A stretch of DNA of 62,899 bases, filler included, from Ionaspis alba (taxonomy: Eukaryota): assembly GCA_964255285.1 (NCBI GenBank). It is 3 parts of 3 records of this genome, joined end to end, with 100 filler letters (N's around TTAATTAATTAA, not from the genome) between each part and the next. Parts side by side here need not be neighbours in the genome. Positions count along the whole stretch, not along the records: positions 1 to 20,983 come from CAXUUL010000233.1; 2 more parts are not named here. The stretch is one strand, 5' to 3'. Shown here piece by piece: positions 1-11,274 of this stretch. Numbering within the stretch: position 1 is the stretch's first letter; each line of letters begins with the position of its first letter. The position numbers were made by a program, and so were the translations under genes. Below the pieces are notes generated by a model that saw only the letters and a program-made list of their open reading frames with translations, was not told the DNA's origin and did not search any database.

Positions 1-135
1 AGCAACAAGCTGATTGGGAGCAAATTTGTCTTCGTTGACCTCTGGGTGCTGAGGCTCGAAGGTAAATACTCGAACTCGCAATAAATGCTCCAAATTCAAC
101 TTGTCTGGCACCCAACAGACCGTAGATGCCCACCT

Positions 136-1272
136 TCATCGACCACCATCTCGGGAAAATCTCAAAATCGTCGATACCACCTGTTGTGGCTGCTCTTGCT
201 GTACCCAATGCCCTGCTCCTTCGATCATGATGGAACCACGATAATCTGTGCACACTTGTCCCATATTCTCAACAACTCCAGGCTCTTGATAAGTTCCCCA
301 ATCCTTTGTGCCAGTTACAAACAGGCAAGGGACCTCGATCTTTTTACCGGCAAATACGTCAAGGTCCCGCAGCCTCGAAGGATCTGTTTGCACTCGATAC
401 CAATTCAGACCGCCTTGAAAACCTGTTCGATCATATTCCTCAGTGTAGACCGCAAGCTCTGAATGCGTAAGCCAACTCAGGTTCACAGAGTCATCTTGCT
501 TCGCCACGACATCCCGCATGCCCGCGTTCAGAGGCATTATATAATAGTACGGCATCTTGGCGAGCTCGGTCGCCGTCCAAGACTTCAGGGGTTTGGGATC
601 GTTACCGGACCAGTCGGCACTTTTCAGGTAGAAATAACCACGCAAGAACTCCTGCAGACCCTTACGTGGGCTCATATCGATATTGGCAGCTGCGGTCGAG
701 TAGTACTTTTTGTAGTGCTTACGAGGTTCTGGAAGATTGGCGAGGTCATGGTGAATATCTGGCATTGAGTTCTCTTGGCTCCTATCTGCTTCTGGTAATT
801 TTGGGGCCCCCTTGAATGGATGACTAATGAGAACAACTCTTCGAAAGAGATCTGGTCGGGCCAGAGCGCATAGAGATGCCGTGACGGATCCGAAGTCATG
901 ACCGACAACACAATGGACCTCATGATATCCTATCGCATGTACTAGGACAACCATGTCCCGTACTAGATTTGTGACCGAGAAAGTTCTCAAATCTACGTCT
1001 TCGAAGCTCGATGTATCCCATCCCGTAGTCCTGCCGTACCCTCGTTGATCCACGGCCACGACGTAGTACCCTGCGTCTGCGAAGCCAGGCATCACTTTGC
1101 GCCAGGAATAGGCAATCTCAGGGAAACCGTGCAAGAGGAGCATGAGAGGTCGACCCGCTGAGCCGGCCTCAATAATGTGATAGGAGAGTTCGGACGCATC
1201 GTTCGTTATTTGCCTCTCAGAGAGGGTAGGAGGGAGTGGTAATGGGAGGAGTTGCGGAACACCGTTCGCCAT
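136..1272 (-). CDS. Alpha/beta-hydrolase, soluble epoxide hydrolase-like
   Basis: Intronless ORF, first ATG at 1272. Motifs: HGFP oxyanion motif, DQRGYG, GHDFG nucleophile elbow (Asp), LNWYR and C-terminal GAGHW catalytic His. Confidence 0.9.
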   Translation of the reverse strand: MANGVPQLLPLPLPPTLSERQITNDASELSYHIIEAGSAGRPLMLLLHGFPEIAYSWRKVMPGFADAGYYVVAVDQRGYGRTTGWDTSSFEDVDLRTFSVTNLVRDMVVLVHAIGYHEVHCVVGHDFGSVTASLCALARPDLFRRVVLISHPFKGAPKLPEADRSQENSMPDIHHDLANLPEPRKHYKKYYSTAAANIDMSPRKGLQEFLRGYFYLKSADWSGNDPKPLKSWTATELAKMPYYYIMPLNAGMRDVVAKQDDSVNLSWLTHSELAVYTEEYDRTGFQGGLNWYRVQTDPSRLRDLDVFAGKKIEVPCLFVTGTKDWGTYQEPGVVENMGQVCTDYRGSIMIEGAGHWVQQEQPQQVVSTILRFSRDGGR

Positions 1273-1892
1273 GACGGGCTGCCTTGGTGCTCTCAGTTCA
1301 TCATCGGCAACCAAGGTGTAAAATGGGAGACTTCACCGCAGGTCTACTTAAATTAGTTCAGTAAAAGCCAGCGAAGAATATTGCAATAATGAAAGCACAG
1401 GGTGCCAGTTGATGTATACCGAGACTTCCCGGAGTAGCCTGAGAGCTATTCACACATGCCGACACACTCTTCAAGGATGATGTCACATTTCTAGACTCGG
1501 TCTTACCGGTTCAGCCATGGACGGAAAGTTGGCGCTAAGCATTCCAAGGAGTGAAGTAACCTGCGCGCCTAAGAACCACAGAAATATAATGTATATGCAC
1601 ATTCTTCGTTGCATAGAATACTAGTATCATCAGCGCAAGCCTCCAAGTTTGGAGTGAGCAAGAAGTCATTTCTGAACGGCCGGAGGAAGTGGCAGCAGTA
1701 CGCGTGAATCTATCCCCTCTGCTGTGCCGGCGCAATCGTCCGCCTATCATATTCACTTGAAAGAAATGCCCGACAACCCAACACTGCAATTCATCGTTTC
1801 ACGTCATCAGCAGCCAGCTCTGGAGCTGGAAGGTACGGTGCAGAAGTGGATTGGTTGGAGAATTACTTGATCGTGAATCTTGAGACAGCAAC

Positions 1893-4800
1893 ATGTTCTC
1901 TCGCAGACGAGCGCAATCAAATCCGGTAATGACTCCCAAAATCTACTCTTTCTATACCCGGAGAGATCCCTTTAAGCTACAATCGACTTACGCACGTCGT
2001 GCAAAGCGTCAGAATGTGCCTCCTACGGCAGCAGCTGCTACGGCAGCAGCACAAGCCTTCCTCGCAAATCGCATTTCAAACGCCAATCTCTCTTCAGCGG
2101 CAGCAGCGGCAGCGCTGCGCTCCCATACCACAACTCCCACACCGGTCAGCGAAGTCCAAACCAAACGCATGATACAACGGCAAGGCTCAACATCATCCAA
2201 TGGTAGCACTCCTGGCACTCTTCGCCGACCAGAGGGTCTCCAGCGACGAAATAGCTCAGGTTCTATGACAGAACGGACATTTCGAGATCCATCTCCCAGT
2301 CGCAAACCGCCGTCGCGAGTTCAAAACGAAAGTCCGCCGCCACTACCGGCCTTGCCCAAGAAATACACTTCTCCTCCGCCTCCGGTACCTACTCGGTCAA
2401 ATCGGAGACCGGCAAGCGTGGAACCTCCAGAACGGTTTAGCTCACCGCCACCTACACGTTCTGGAGGTCGTGGAGTGAGCTTAGATAGAGGACCTGGCGT
2501 GATGCCTGGCAGACTCAACAGACAAGATGAGGTGCGCAATACCAGTCTTGGAAGCTCTGCTGAGGTCGAGCAGAGTACACGTAGAGGCTCTGTCAATTTC
2601 TCGAGACCCATGAGCCCCTCAGCATCTCCAACATCGCCGTCCTTGGAAGCGCAGAGATTTGCCACGTTGGGTGAGAAGCGTTCGAATGCCGAGGATAATT
2701 ATCAAAGACCAATGTCACCCGCAACCGGCCCTACCAAAGGACCATTGCCGCCTCCCATTGAAGTTTCAAGTCCGTCGAAAAAGAAGAAGAAGAAGCTGAC
2801 TCAAAACCTCTCCGAGGCTGGCTATTCCGGCTCTGGCACGCCTCAATCAGAAGATCCCGTGAGTGGAAATAAGGTCTCCCCGGAACAACCCACGGCATCA
2901 CAGTCGACCAATTTGCCATATTTGTCCCCAACATCGCAGGAGCCTTCACAGGATGCGCAGAATATTGTGAAGCCGAAAAAGAAAAAGAAAAGGCCTATGG
3001 CAGCAACGGGACCAGATGGAGGACAGCAAATCAGACATGTTTCCCAACCAAGCTACGGGTCTGATTCTGACACCTCGGAGAGAAGCTATTCGTTCGATCG
3101 ACCTCGCATGTACAACACAAGGGCCGCTGGACTATTAGCTAAGCAACCGTCAATTGTGAGAGAAGACCGTGAGGCGGAAGAAGCAGGAGAGCGTGCGTTG
3201 TCCCCAGGAAGACTGGGCTCTGACAAGGTGCAGAATGGGAAAATTCATGTGATAGTCCCGACCCATTCAGCGTCTACTCCGGTTTCTCACAACGCCAATG
3301 GGCACGCGAAAGATACGCGAGCAAATATGGCATTCACCAAAGCATCAGAACCAGAAGCAGGTCAACAGTTGATACGACAAGCTGCATCCGAGCAGTTGTC
3401 ATTGAGCCCGTCAAGGACTGCTCATTTCTCTGCACAACCTACTTTTCAAACCCCGGATGGTATCAAACACCAGCCGCCAGCGCGTGCAGTATCTCCGGCG
3501 AAGTCCGCACTGAAGCACTCACCTTCTAGAGGTTCTTCGCCGGCAGGAGTGGTACCAGGGAGCTGGAGCCGTGCCGGAAATGCTCCTAGTGAAGCATCCG
3601 ATACCACTTCTATAGTTTCTGACGAAGGATACAGATCTCTCTCGAAAAAGAAGAAGAATGTGAGGGTCAGCTTCGATGACGACCCTACTGTTGTAGGACG
3701 TGCAGCTACTCCCCCAACAAGCGTCGATTCGCCAGTCCTCTTCAGTCCACAAAGCAAAGACAATACAAAGAAGGGATGGTTCGGACTGGGCCGGGAGAAG
3801 AAGAAATCTCCCTTAAATTCTGACAATGAGGACGACGGTGCTATTAAGCCTATGCCAGTGCTTCCGTCGTTTGGGAGTGTCAGGAGCCGCAAAGAGTCAG
3901 AACAATCTCTCGTTTCATCATCACATTTAGCCTCAACTCGTGGCCAAAGCGCAGTTGAAGACGTGAAGAGCACTAGTGCCTCGAGCGACCGTGCAATTGG
4001 GAACATTATCGCTCAACAAGCTTCCCACCAACACCAAATCAGTCCAACCCAATTGGCTGACAATCTTCCACTCCCTCCGGTCGTCACTTCTGTCGAGGGG
4101 TCGGGCTATCATTCCGATACAGAAAGTAGCCTACACAGTGAGGATGAGCATGAAGAGAAAACGATGCCTCAGCCGAAGAATTCTGGACCAGGAATTGGGC
4201 ATAAAGGAGGCATCGAGCTCGAATCGGAGCCTAGATTGGTTCCTACAATTGCAGTGCTGCCGGCTACCCCAAGAATTGATGATTCCTCCCTAGAGACTCA
4301 AGAGTGGCTGGAAATGCCAGGAGGGTTTCCATCAGCGGAATTGCCTCCTTTAGCTACTGGACTTGGTATTGAGCACGAAGTGACCGATCTTACGCCCTCC
4401 ACAATCGGTATTGCTGAACCTCAACCCGAGGCTGCGGCAGCATATCATGAATCGACCTCGCCTGTTATGGGGGAGGTGTCACAAGCTTTGCGGCAACAGA
4501 CAGCATCACATGACGACAATGAATCCGAGGATACTGGAGACAGTATCTACAGCGATGCTGCGGAAGACATGTCGGACCTGGAAGGTGATGGCTACGGTTC
4601 CATCAATGCCATCGTGGAAAGTCCCACGGTACCTATGACAAACGTTGCTTCACCCCTTTCTCGGTCTGCTCAGATCGAGGAAAATCCAATCAGTCGAGGT
4701 GAGAGTTGGAGATCAGAGCCCGCACCCGACGAGGGTTGGGACAAAGCTCAAGCGTACTGGTCGGGACTCAGTCAAGACCGCAGAGCGCAATTAGAGGAGG

Positions 4801-6488
4801 CCGCTTCTCCACGATTGACCGAGCCAATCACCAACAAGCCAACAACGAGACCAAAGAAGAAGAAAACGAAGGCGAGGACGGCAATTGAAAATCCAATATC
4901 GGCACCTCCAGCCTCGGCTTTACCGGTGAAAGATTTCTCTACAAGGACGCTGGCAGCGACGCCGCCTCAGCCACAGACGAAAAAATCGTTGCGTGATGCC
5001 CAGGCAAACGATAAGACCATAGGCACTCAGTCGGTGCAAATGAGGAAATCAATGCGTCAGGCTTCGTCAGAGTCTCCGGAACCCGTTCATATGCGCTCAT
5101 CGATGCGCGACACAACTGACTCACGTATTCCTTCGGCAAAGCAAGGCCCTGGAAGTATCACTGTTTCAGGTACAGGATCCCCTGAGCCTCGCGGTACATT
5201 GCAAAAGAAGCTCCGACCAGTATCAGCCGTTGCAATGGTTGATTACAACAACCCTACTCATGGGACCAACCACAACCGATCCGCCTCTGACGGTGCGGCC
5301 ATGAAGTCATTGACGCCGGTCTCTTCAAAGCCATTGAAGAAGTCAAGTTCAACTTTCGCCAAGCCGCAGCGGAAACTATCTAATGGAAGCGACTCTTCGA
5401 GCAGTTTCAAGCGGACTCGTTCAGTAAATGCCGATACAGGGCGATACACCATGAAACGAAGCATGAGGCATTCATCTGTTGACGAAAGACCACGATCGGC
5501 GCAAGTCAGTCAGTCCATGGGCTCAGGCCTCCGTCCTTCGTCCCCATCAGCCTTGACGGGTCGGAGACCATTTAGCTCTGGAGGACCTGGGATGCGAAGT
5601 TCAATGCGAGAACCACTGGAGTCGAAAAATGTCCGCACTTCCAAATCGCCATCACGATCCTTTGGTTTTGGAATGGGAGCGAAAGCGAAAGCGACTACCG
5701 AGAAGACCAGCAAGCCACGGTTCTCCAGCCGTTTTGGTGACTCTAGTGACGACGAGGACATGCCAAAAGTGTTCAGTAGTCGATTCGCTGATTCTAGCGA
5801 CGACGAGGAATCAAGGGTACCTACCAAAGCCTTCACACCAGTTCGCGGTATTCCAAAGAGAACCAACGAGGGAGACTCTACAGATCTCGAAGACAGCTCC
5901 CAGGAGGCTCTTCCACATGTGGTGCAACAGCCATCGCTGTTGCAGCCCAAGAAAATCGAAGGAGCAGCTTTAGCATCAGGGTCACTTCAAGTGGCAGCAG
6001 GAAGTGGAGGCGTACCCTCCACAAGCATGGCAACTGGTGCCGGGCTTCCGGCCACGAGAGCAGCGGAATCTGAAAAGAAGAAACGCTCCTTTTTTGGCAG
6101 TCTGGGAAAGAAGAAAGACGCCTCAAAAGTTGTGAAGCCTGATGTCGAAAGTGCGGCAAGACGAGATACGGCGCTGGAGCGAAGCCGAACAGCGCGAGCC
6201 GCGACCAACGAGTTGCAACCCCAGTCGCCCAAAAGTCCAAAATTGCAAAGACGAAATACGCCAAAGAATCTTCCTTCACCCTCCTGGCCGTTACCGGATA
6301 GTCCTGTACCCATCGTCGGCAACAACAGACCAAATACATCTGATGGAGTTGCTCTAGCTTCAAGACCTGATATGGGTGCTAGAAGATTGACAGGGCAACC
6401 GGATGTGTCGAATGGAGTGGTTATTGGGAGAAGTGGCAAGAAGAAGAGATTTCCAATGTTGAGGAAAGCTTTTGGATTGCATGACTGA
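1893..6488 (+). CDS. Large Ser/Pro/Lys-rich low-complexity protein, possibly eisosome Seg1-like
   Basis: 1531-codon ORF with a probable in-frame 87-nt intron 1926-2012 (GTAATG...CAG). N-terminal MFSRRR...TAAAATAAAQAF and SSAAAAAALR motifs, KSALK and VRVSF motifs, and a basic amphipathic C-terminus KKKRFPMLRKAFGLHD. The Seg1 label is a tentative resemblance only. Confidence 0.75.
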   Translation: MFSRRRAQSNPVMTPKIYSFYTRRDPFKLQSTYARRAKRQNVPPTAAAATAAAQAFLANRISNANLSSAAAAAALRSHTTTPTPVSEVQTKRMIQRQGSTSSNGSTPGTLRRPEGLQRRNSSGSMTERTFRDPSPSRKPPSRVQNESPPPLPALPKKYTSPPPPVPTRSNRRPASVEPPERFSSPPPTRSGGRGVSLDRGPGVMPGRLNRQDEVRNTSLGSSAEVEQSTRRGSVNFSRPMSPSASPTSPSLEAQRFATLGEKRSNAEDNYQRPMSPATGPTKGPLPPPIEVSSPSKKKKKKLTQNLSEAGYSGSGTPQSEDPVSGNKVSPEQPTASQSTNLPYLSPTSQEPSQDAQNIVKPKKKKKRPMAATGPDGGQQIRHVSQPSYGSDSDTSERSYSFDRPRMYNTRAAGLLAKQPSIVREDREAEEAGERALSPGRLGSDKVQNGKIHVIVPTHSASTPVSHNANGHAKDTRANMAFTKASEPEAGQQLIRQAASEQLSLSPSRTAHFSAQPTFQTPDGIKHQPPARAVSPAKSALKHSPSRGSSPAGVVPGSWSRAGNAPSEASDTTSIVSDEGYRSLSKKKKNVRVSFDDDPTVVGRAATPPTSVDSPVLFSPQSKDNTKKGWFGLGREKKKSPLNSDNEDDGAIKPMPVLPSFGSVRSRKESEQSLVSSSHLASTRGQSAVEDVKSTSASSDRAIGNIIAQQASHQHQISPTQLADNLPLPPVVTSVEGSGYHSDTESSLHSEDEHEEKTMPQPKNSGPGIGHKGGIELESEPRLVPTIAVLPATPRIDDSSLETQEWLEMPGGFPSAELPPLATGLGIEHEVTDLTPSTIGIAEPQPEAAAAYHESTSPVMGEVSQALRQQTASHDDNESEDTGDSIYSDAAEDMSDLEGDGYGSINAIVESPTVPMTNVASPLSRSAQIEENPISRGESWRSEPAPDEGWDKAQAYWSGLSQDRRAQLEEAASPRLTEPITNKPTTRPKKKKTKARTAIENPISAPPASALPVKDFSTRTLAATPPQPQTKKSLRDAQANDKTIGTQSVQMRKSMRQASSESPEPVHMRSSMRDTTDSRIPSAKQGPGSITVSGTGSPEPRGTLQKKLRPVSAVAMVDYNNPTHGTNHNRSASDGAAMKSLTPVSSKPLKKSSSTFAKPQRKLSNGSDSSSSFKRTRSVNADTGRYTMKRSMRHSSVDERPRSAQVSQSMGSGLRPSSPSALTGRRPFSSGGPGMRSSMREPLESKNVRTSKSPSRSFGFGMGAKAKATTEKTSKPRFSSRFGDSSDDEDMPKVFSSRFADSSDDEESRVPTKAFTPVRGIPKRTNEGDSTDLEDSSQEALPHVVQQPSLLQPKKIEGAALASGSLQVAAGSGGVPSTSMATGAGLPATRAAESEKKKRSFFGSLGKKKDASKVVKPDVESAARRDTALERSRTARAATNELQPQSPKSPKLQRRNTPKNLPSPSWPLPDSPVPIVGNNRPNTSDGVALASRPDMGARRLTGQPDVSNGVVIGRSGKKKRFPMLRKAFGLHD

Positions 6489-6907
6489 TTTGTGCTCGAT
6501 GTGTCAAACCAGAAACTCCGTGTGATGGGTTTCGAAAGCTGGTGCTTTGAATCACATATTTCATGCATGTTGTTGTCATTCAAGAAAATGTACAGTGGAT
6601 TGGACATAGCTTGTATTATGACAAGTACTTGGCGGATACTTCCTCGTAACCCTATAAGGTTATAGAGCTACTAATAATATTGTGTAATTAATACAGAACT
6701 TTGCATGACTGCCCCCAAGCGGAGTTGCGCAGATATGGCATGTCATGAAGTGAGCCCATCGCCTTTACTCGACCCGGAACCCTAGCTTGTAGATTTGCGG
6801 GGTTGTCCGCGGAGCACTCGTCGGCTTGAAGAGACGAAACTACGTCTTGGGGCCATACAATTCAAGTTGATCTTGTGGACAGATTTGCTCACTGATACCG
6901 CAATCTA

Positions 6908-8119
6908 ATGATGACGAGCACACAGGAATCTGTAGACTGGACACAGAACTCGAGTGACTTTCCTGGTGTGCCTCGGTTTCCCCAGGATGTTCAGACTGTA
7001 CCCCTGTTGCGATTGTCTCTGAAGAAGCTCGAGACCGGAGATACTGAAGAGTCGAAACGGTTCTTCGAAGCATCAAGGGAGCTGGGCTTTTTCTACCTCG
7101 ATCTTCGTGACTCAACGATTGGACATGACATTCTCCAAACTTCAGATGCTCTCTTTGGAATTGGCGAAAAGCTTTTTGGGCTCGAGTTGGAAGAAAAGCG
7201 AAAGTTTGACTTCAGTGGACAAGGCTCGTATTTTGGGTTCATTCCCCCTGTAACATATTATCGAGTGGGAGCTGATTCTGCTTAGTTACAAGGGTTATGG
7301 CCAGGCGGTCATTGATCAGGAGGGAACATTGGACCGGAATGAATTCTACAATGTTTGTTCTTCAATAATCTCGCGGAGACATTCAAAAAAACTCAACTGG
7401 CTCTGACAGCATCCACTGGTTAGGTTTCCAAAGACGACATACTCAAAGTAGGTCCACGACTTCCGGCGCCAGCCGTCTTGACAGATTCTCGCGCTGTCCT
7501 TGATTCCTACATCAAGAGTGCACATTCGATCATAACGCTTCTGCTCGACCACCTAGACAATCACCTCGACCTTCCTTCCAACACTCTTCGGGCTCTTCAT
7601 CGCCTCTACTCTATATCAGGTGATCAAGTTCGTTTCCTCAAAGCTCCACCCCAGCCCATAGATGATAGGCAGGTTGCATTAGGTGCGCATACCGATTTTG
7701 GCACTCTTACTGTGCTTTTCAATCGTGTTGGCGGGCTACAAGTCTTGCCTCCGTCGCCACCGGACAAAGAGCCGCAATGGATGTACGTAAAGCCATTACA
7801 GGGTCATGCAATCGTCAACCTAGGAGACGCACTATCTAAATTTACTAACGGACTGCTGCGATCAAACATGCATCGTGTGGTATCACCACCAGGTTTGCAG
7901 GCCGAAGAGATCAGATACAGCTTGGTGTATTTTTCTCGGCCAGAAGACGATGTCCCACTAAGGCGGCTGGAGGGTGGAAATGTGATTCCTCCGTTGAAAG
8001 ACGGAGAAGAGGAGGAGGCGATTTCCAGCAAGGCGTGGGTACTGAGACGGGCACTAGGAAGGAGAGTAGGAGGAAACGTTAAAGAAGGCTGGGAAGGGAC
8101 TGAGAAGAGTAGGATATAA
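6908..8119 (+). CDS. 2-oxoglutarate/Fe(II)-dependent dioxygenase (DIOX_N plus 2OG-FeII_Oxy type)
   Basis: Three exons; introns 7237-7285 and 7353-7423 restore YFGYKGYG and DRNEFYNVSKDDIL. Iron ligands HTD...H (HRVV) and the RYS 2OG-binding motif are present. Confidence 0.9.
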
Positions 8120-8329
8120 GTTGAGGCAGGAAATCTATTGAGGCCGGATTAATGAGTAATAAATTAATATATCTCGTGAACGAGGCCCTCTTTAGAATAT
8201 TTATGAGTCTCGTGTGTTATGAGGGTTTCATACCGTCGAATAAGATTTACTATCGAAATTTGTATCACCAGAATTTCCGCACGAGCTACCAGGAAGAAGT
8301 AAGAAGTCTCCAATTCCAGACGAGATTGC

Positions 8330-9766
8330 CTACCACGCCCCTTCATGAGAGTCAAACCCAAAGGGGTCCCAGTCATCGTCTGCGACGATGTAGGGTATGT
8401 TTGGTAGTAAGGTCGATGGCGAATCGCTGCAGAAAGTTTCTGGTTTCTTGGACTCTGTCCTGTTCATCCCCGCAGTGGATCCACGCAATCCATCGTCCGC
8501 TTCTTTCTGCCAATGTGCTTCGAACCCAGAGTGAGTTGTCTTATCTGTTCCTGGGCAGTGATTTTCAAAATCGGACCTCCCAGGATCTTCGAGCTTGCCA
8601 AGAGCAGGAGACTCCGTCCTCTTGTTGCCCAACGTCCTACCGTGATTTGAAATCTCTCGAGAGGCAATGATCGTGTTGCTAGGCCGCTCCTGCTTTGCAA
8701 TCACTGATACCGGAATATCACATGCCACGGAGAGAGAAGGTGTGTCTGGAGCATGTATCTTTCGAGCCCTGGTGTCACTCTCAGGAATTTTGGTTCCATT
8801 ACAAGCGCCACGACGTCGAAGATTGCCCGACTCGATCGATTTGCGACGTTGCAGGGTCTTCTTACGGCCAAGCGGACTCCCTCCCACCAGCTTTGCAGTC
8901 CCAGGATCCTGTGGTAGTGCCAAAGTCGTGCTAGACTTACTCGACGGGTTGGGCCGAGGATTACCCCATCGTGGCCACAGGTACGTCCCTTTCCTCGGTA
9001 TGGCTTCCCGTGCAGCTTGAATGGCCAAGAGACGCATCTTCTCGGTCTCAAACATACCTCTCAACAGACCGGAAAGGGTGGACTCGGACGGCAGTAGCTC
9101 GGTAAAATTCAATGTCTTGAGATGCCGTCGCACAAAAGCGGCCTTGCCAATTCCTCGATGAGCTCGAACGTCTCCCTCGTTGTCGTCGAAAGCCAACTTA
9201 CACAGTCGAACGACAAGATTCAGGCACCGTTCAATAGCCGCAAGCTTCGCAGTGCCATTGGATAAAACGTATAGACACTTGCCTGGATGGCTGTATTTGT
9301 GGAAGTTCTTCTCGTCCAGATAGACGTGTTTTGCCACGATGTGGCCGTATCCACTCTTTCGCAGGCACAGCTGCCGGCTCTCTTGTCTCATGAGCTCTAA
9401 GGTGAGGAAATCCATAGAGCGAAACATTGGACGGCCAGTATCGTCGCAGAAGGACGGTTCTTCCCGTGTCAAATTCACCTGCAGGTTGATCACCTTTTCC
9501 GGCAACAAAGGGTTTTCGAAAGCCGCGGAGATCTCATGGGAGGGGACAATCGTTGTAATTGCGGCAATAAGGAGGACAATGTACTGTGCTCGCTCAACGT
9601 AATCCGTACAGGCGTCAAGCGGGTGTGTGGTGCAGTCGAGAAAATCGCGAAGAGACTCATCCCATAACGAATGTGTGAGCAGGAACTCTAGAGCTGTGTA
9701 GAGCAGAGCAGATCTAGCCGGGTGGAGGTGGGGATCCGCGGAAGCGACAGTTGTTGCTGATGCCAT
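8330..9766 (-). CDS. Hypothetical protein, about 478 aa, no recognised domain
   Basis: Long uninterrupted ORF from ATG 9766, with a globular-looking N-terminal half and a disordered C-terminal half. No family motif recognised. Confidence 0.55.
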   Translation of the reverse strand: MASATTVASADPHLHPARSALLYTALEFLLTHSLWDESLRDFLDCTTHPLDACTDYVERAQYIVLLIAAITTIVPSHEISAAFENPLLPEKVINLQVNLTREEPSFCDDTGRPMFRSMDFLTLELMRQESRQLCLRKSGYGHIVAKHVYLDEKNFHKYSHPGKCLYVLSNGTAKLAAIERCLNLVVRLCKLAFDDNEGDVRAHRGIGKAAFVRRHLKTLNFTELLPSESTLSGLLRGMFETEKMRLLAIQAAREAIPRKGTYLWPRWGNPRPNPSSKSSTTLALPQDPGTAKLVGGSPLGRKKTLQRRKSIESGNLRRRGACNGTKIPESDTRARKIHAPDTPSLSVACDIPVSVIAKQERPSNTIIASREISNHGRTLGNKRTESPALGKLEDPGRSDFENHCPGTDKTTHSGFEAHWQKEADDGLRGSTAGMNRTESKKPETFCSDSPSTLLPNIPYIVADDDWDPFGFDSHEGAW

Positions 9767-10431
9767 TATGAACGATAGAGAATAGAACAATAAGATCAAA
9801 AGATATCAGAAGTGAAAAGCTCAATGCATAATTCTGTGGAGAAATACGGCATCGCAAGATGTCGGAGATGATGGTTAGGAGAAAGTCAAGTGCGTTGTTC
9901 ATGCCTTCTTTTCATCAACCATCGCTACCTCAACACCCAAGCGGAAGGCGTTTGCCAAGAGACACTCTATAAGGGCAAGAGCCGCTGGTGTGTTGGCAGT
10001 ATTGAGCAGTGACAACATGTTAAAACGTCCATTGAAAGCCGCATCCACAGAGTGTAGAAGGTAAAGCAGGAAACGTGCAATTTTTCGGTGTGTTCTGTTT
10101 CAAGATACTGAACACGGTGCAGCGAGTGTGCAAGTGCTTCAAGAGCGTCAGCCAAGCTCAAGCCTCACAACGGACGCCACGTATATGTACAAATTGGGCG
10201 TGCTGCCCACAGTCAACATCAAAAACGAGAAGCGATCCCAGGGATATCATTGAACGCCAACCATGCTGTGACCCAAGCCAGATTTATGCCCCCCGGAGAC
10301 CTAGCCCATTGCCCCTCCGTTCCCATGCACAGATGTGCTGATTAGTGTAGTACAGAACAGACCTCGTCGCCCTTATCATCACACAACTAGCGAGGATTGA
10401 CATGATTCAATTCCAGGCCACTTCCCTTTCA

Positions 10432-11274
10432 TCACGAAAACAGTCCCCAGAGGAGTGTGGCGATCAGAGGTATTGATGCGAGTGACGAGAATGGTAATGA
10501 TCTCATAGAACTGGCGGCGGACGTAGTCTCGGCAACGGTGTAGAAAGTATTGAATCCAATATTGGACGAGTTGAAACAATTATCTGGCGTCACCGGTTCC
10601 ACGTCTGCAGGGTCTGCGAAGGTGATGTCTACGCACTAGAATGATAGTCAGTCATCACTGTTTCTCCACCGACCTGGTCCTACACTTACGCTGTAGAGCG
10701 CGGCTCCATGTTGTGCGGTCTCCACGACTTGAATGGTAGCGTTGTCTCCCACGTTGGCAGTGAAATTGGCTGGTAATGGCACCTGTGGGAGACAGAAGCT
10801 GCCTTCGAATTGATCTTTCGAAGGTCCTGCCATCTGGAAGACGGGTACCATGTTCAAGGACAGGTTGCCTGGTAAGGTGCCCTCTCCCAGGTTGACGTAG
10901 AAAAAGGCCGTCGAATGCCCCGGAAACCAGCCCGGTTGAAGAGCAAGGGCACCACCTGTGACCGGCCACTTGGTACGGTTCGTCGTAAGAGGCATTCCAC
11001 CACCTAGCAACCAGATGTCAGAAAGTGACATGATAGTCGCGCTAGCGCAAGATTGACGGTACTCACATGGATACATCCATTGCATGCCATAAGGATATGT
11101 ATTGTTTGGCCCAACTCCCAAACCTCCAGTCGACGCAAGGAGATCGGTTCCATTCGTGTGCAGATTGTTCCCCCTCCAGCCTGGATAAGTGATGACTGTG
11201 TGGGCTAAAACTGTGGATAAAGAGACAAAGATGTAAAGTGTGCTCGCACACAGAGCCCGCAGCGTGGTGGTCAT
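10432..11274 (-). CDS. GPI-anchored BIM1/X325-like (LPMO-like) copper-binding cell-surface protein
   Basis: ATG 11274; the signal peptide ends ...STVLA, giving a mature N-terminal His (HTVITYPGWRG). Introns 11066-11004 and 10689-10636 restore YPCGG and ALYSCVDITF. NATIQVV motif and a C-terminal Ser/Ala plus hydrophobic GPI signal (SAASS...LIATLLWGLFS*). Confidence 0.85.

Noticed and set aside
2009..6607. Numerous antisense and alternative-frame ORFs overlapping real genes, here and throughout the ORF track
   Set aside because: These are shadow ORFs of coding regions with no motifs.
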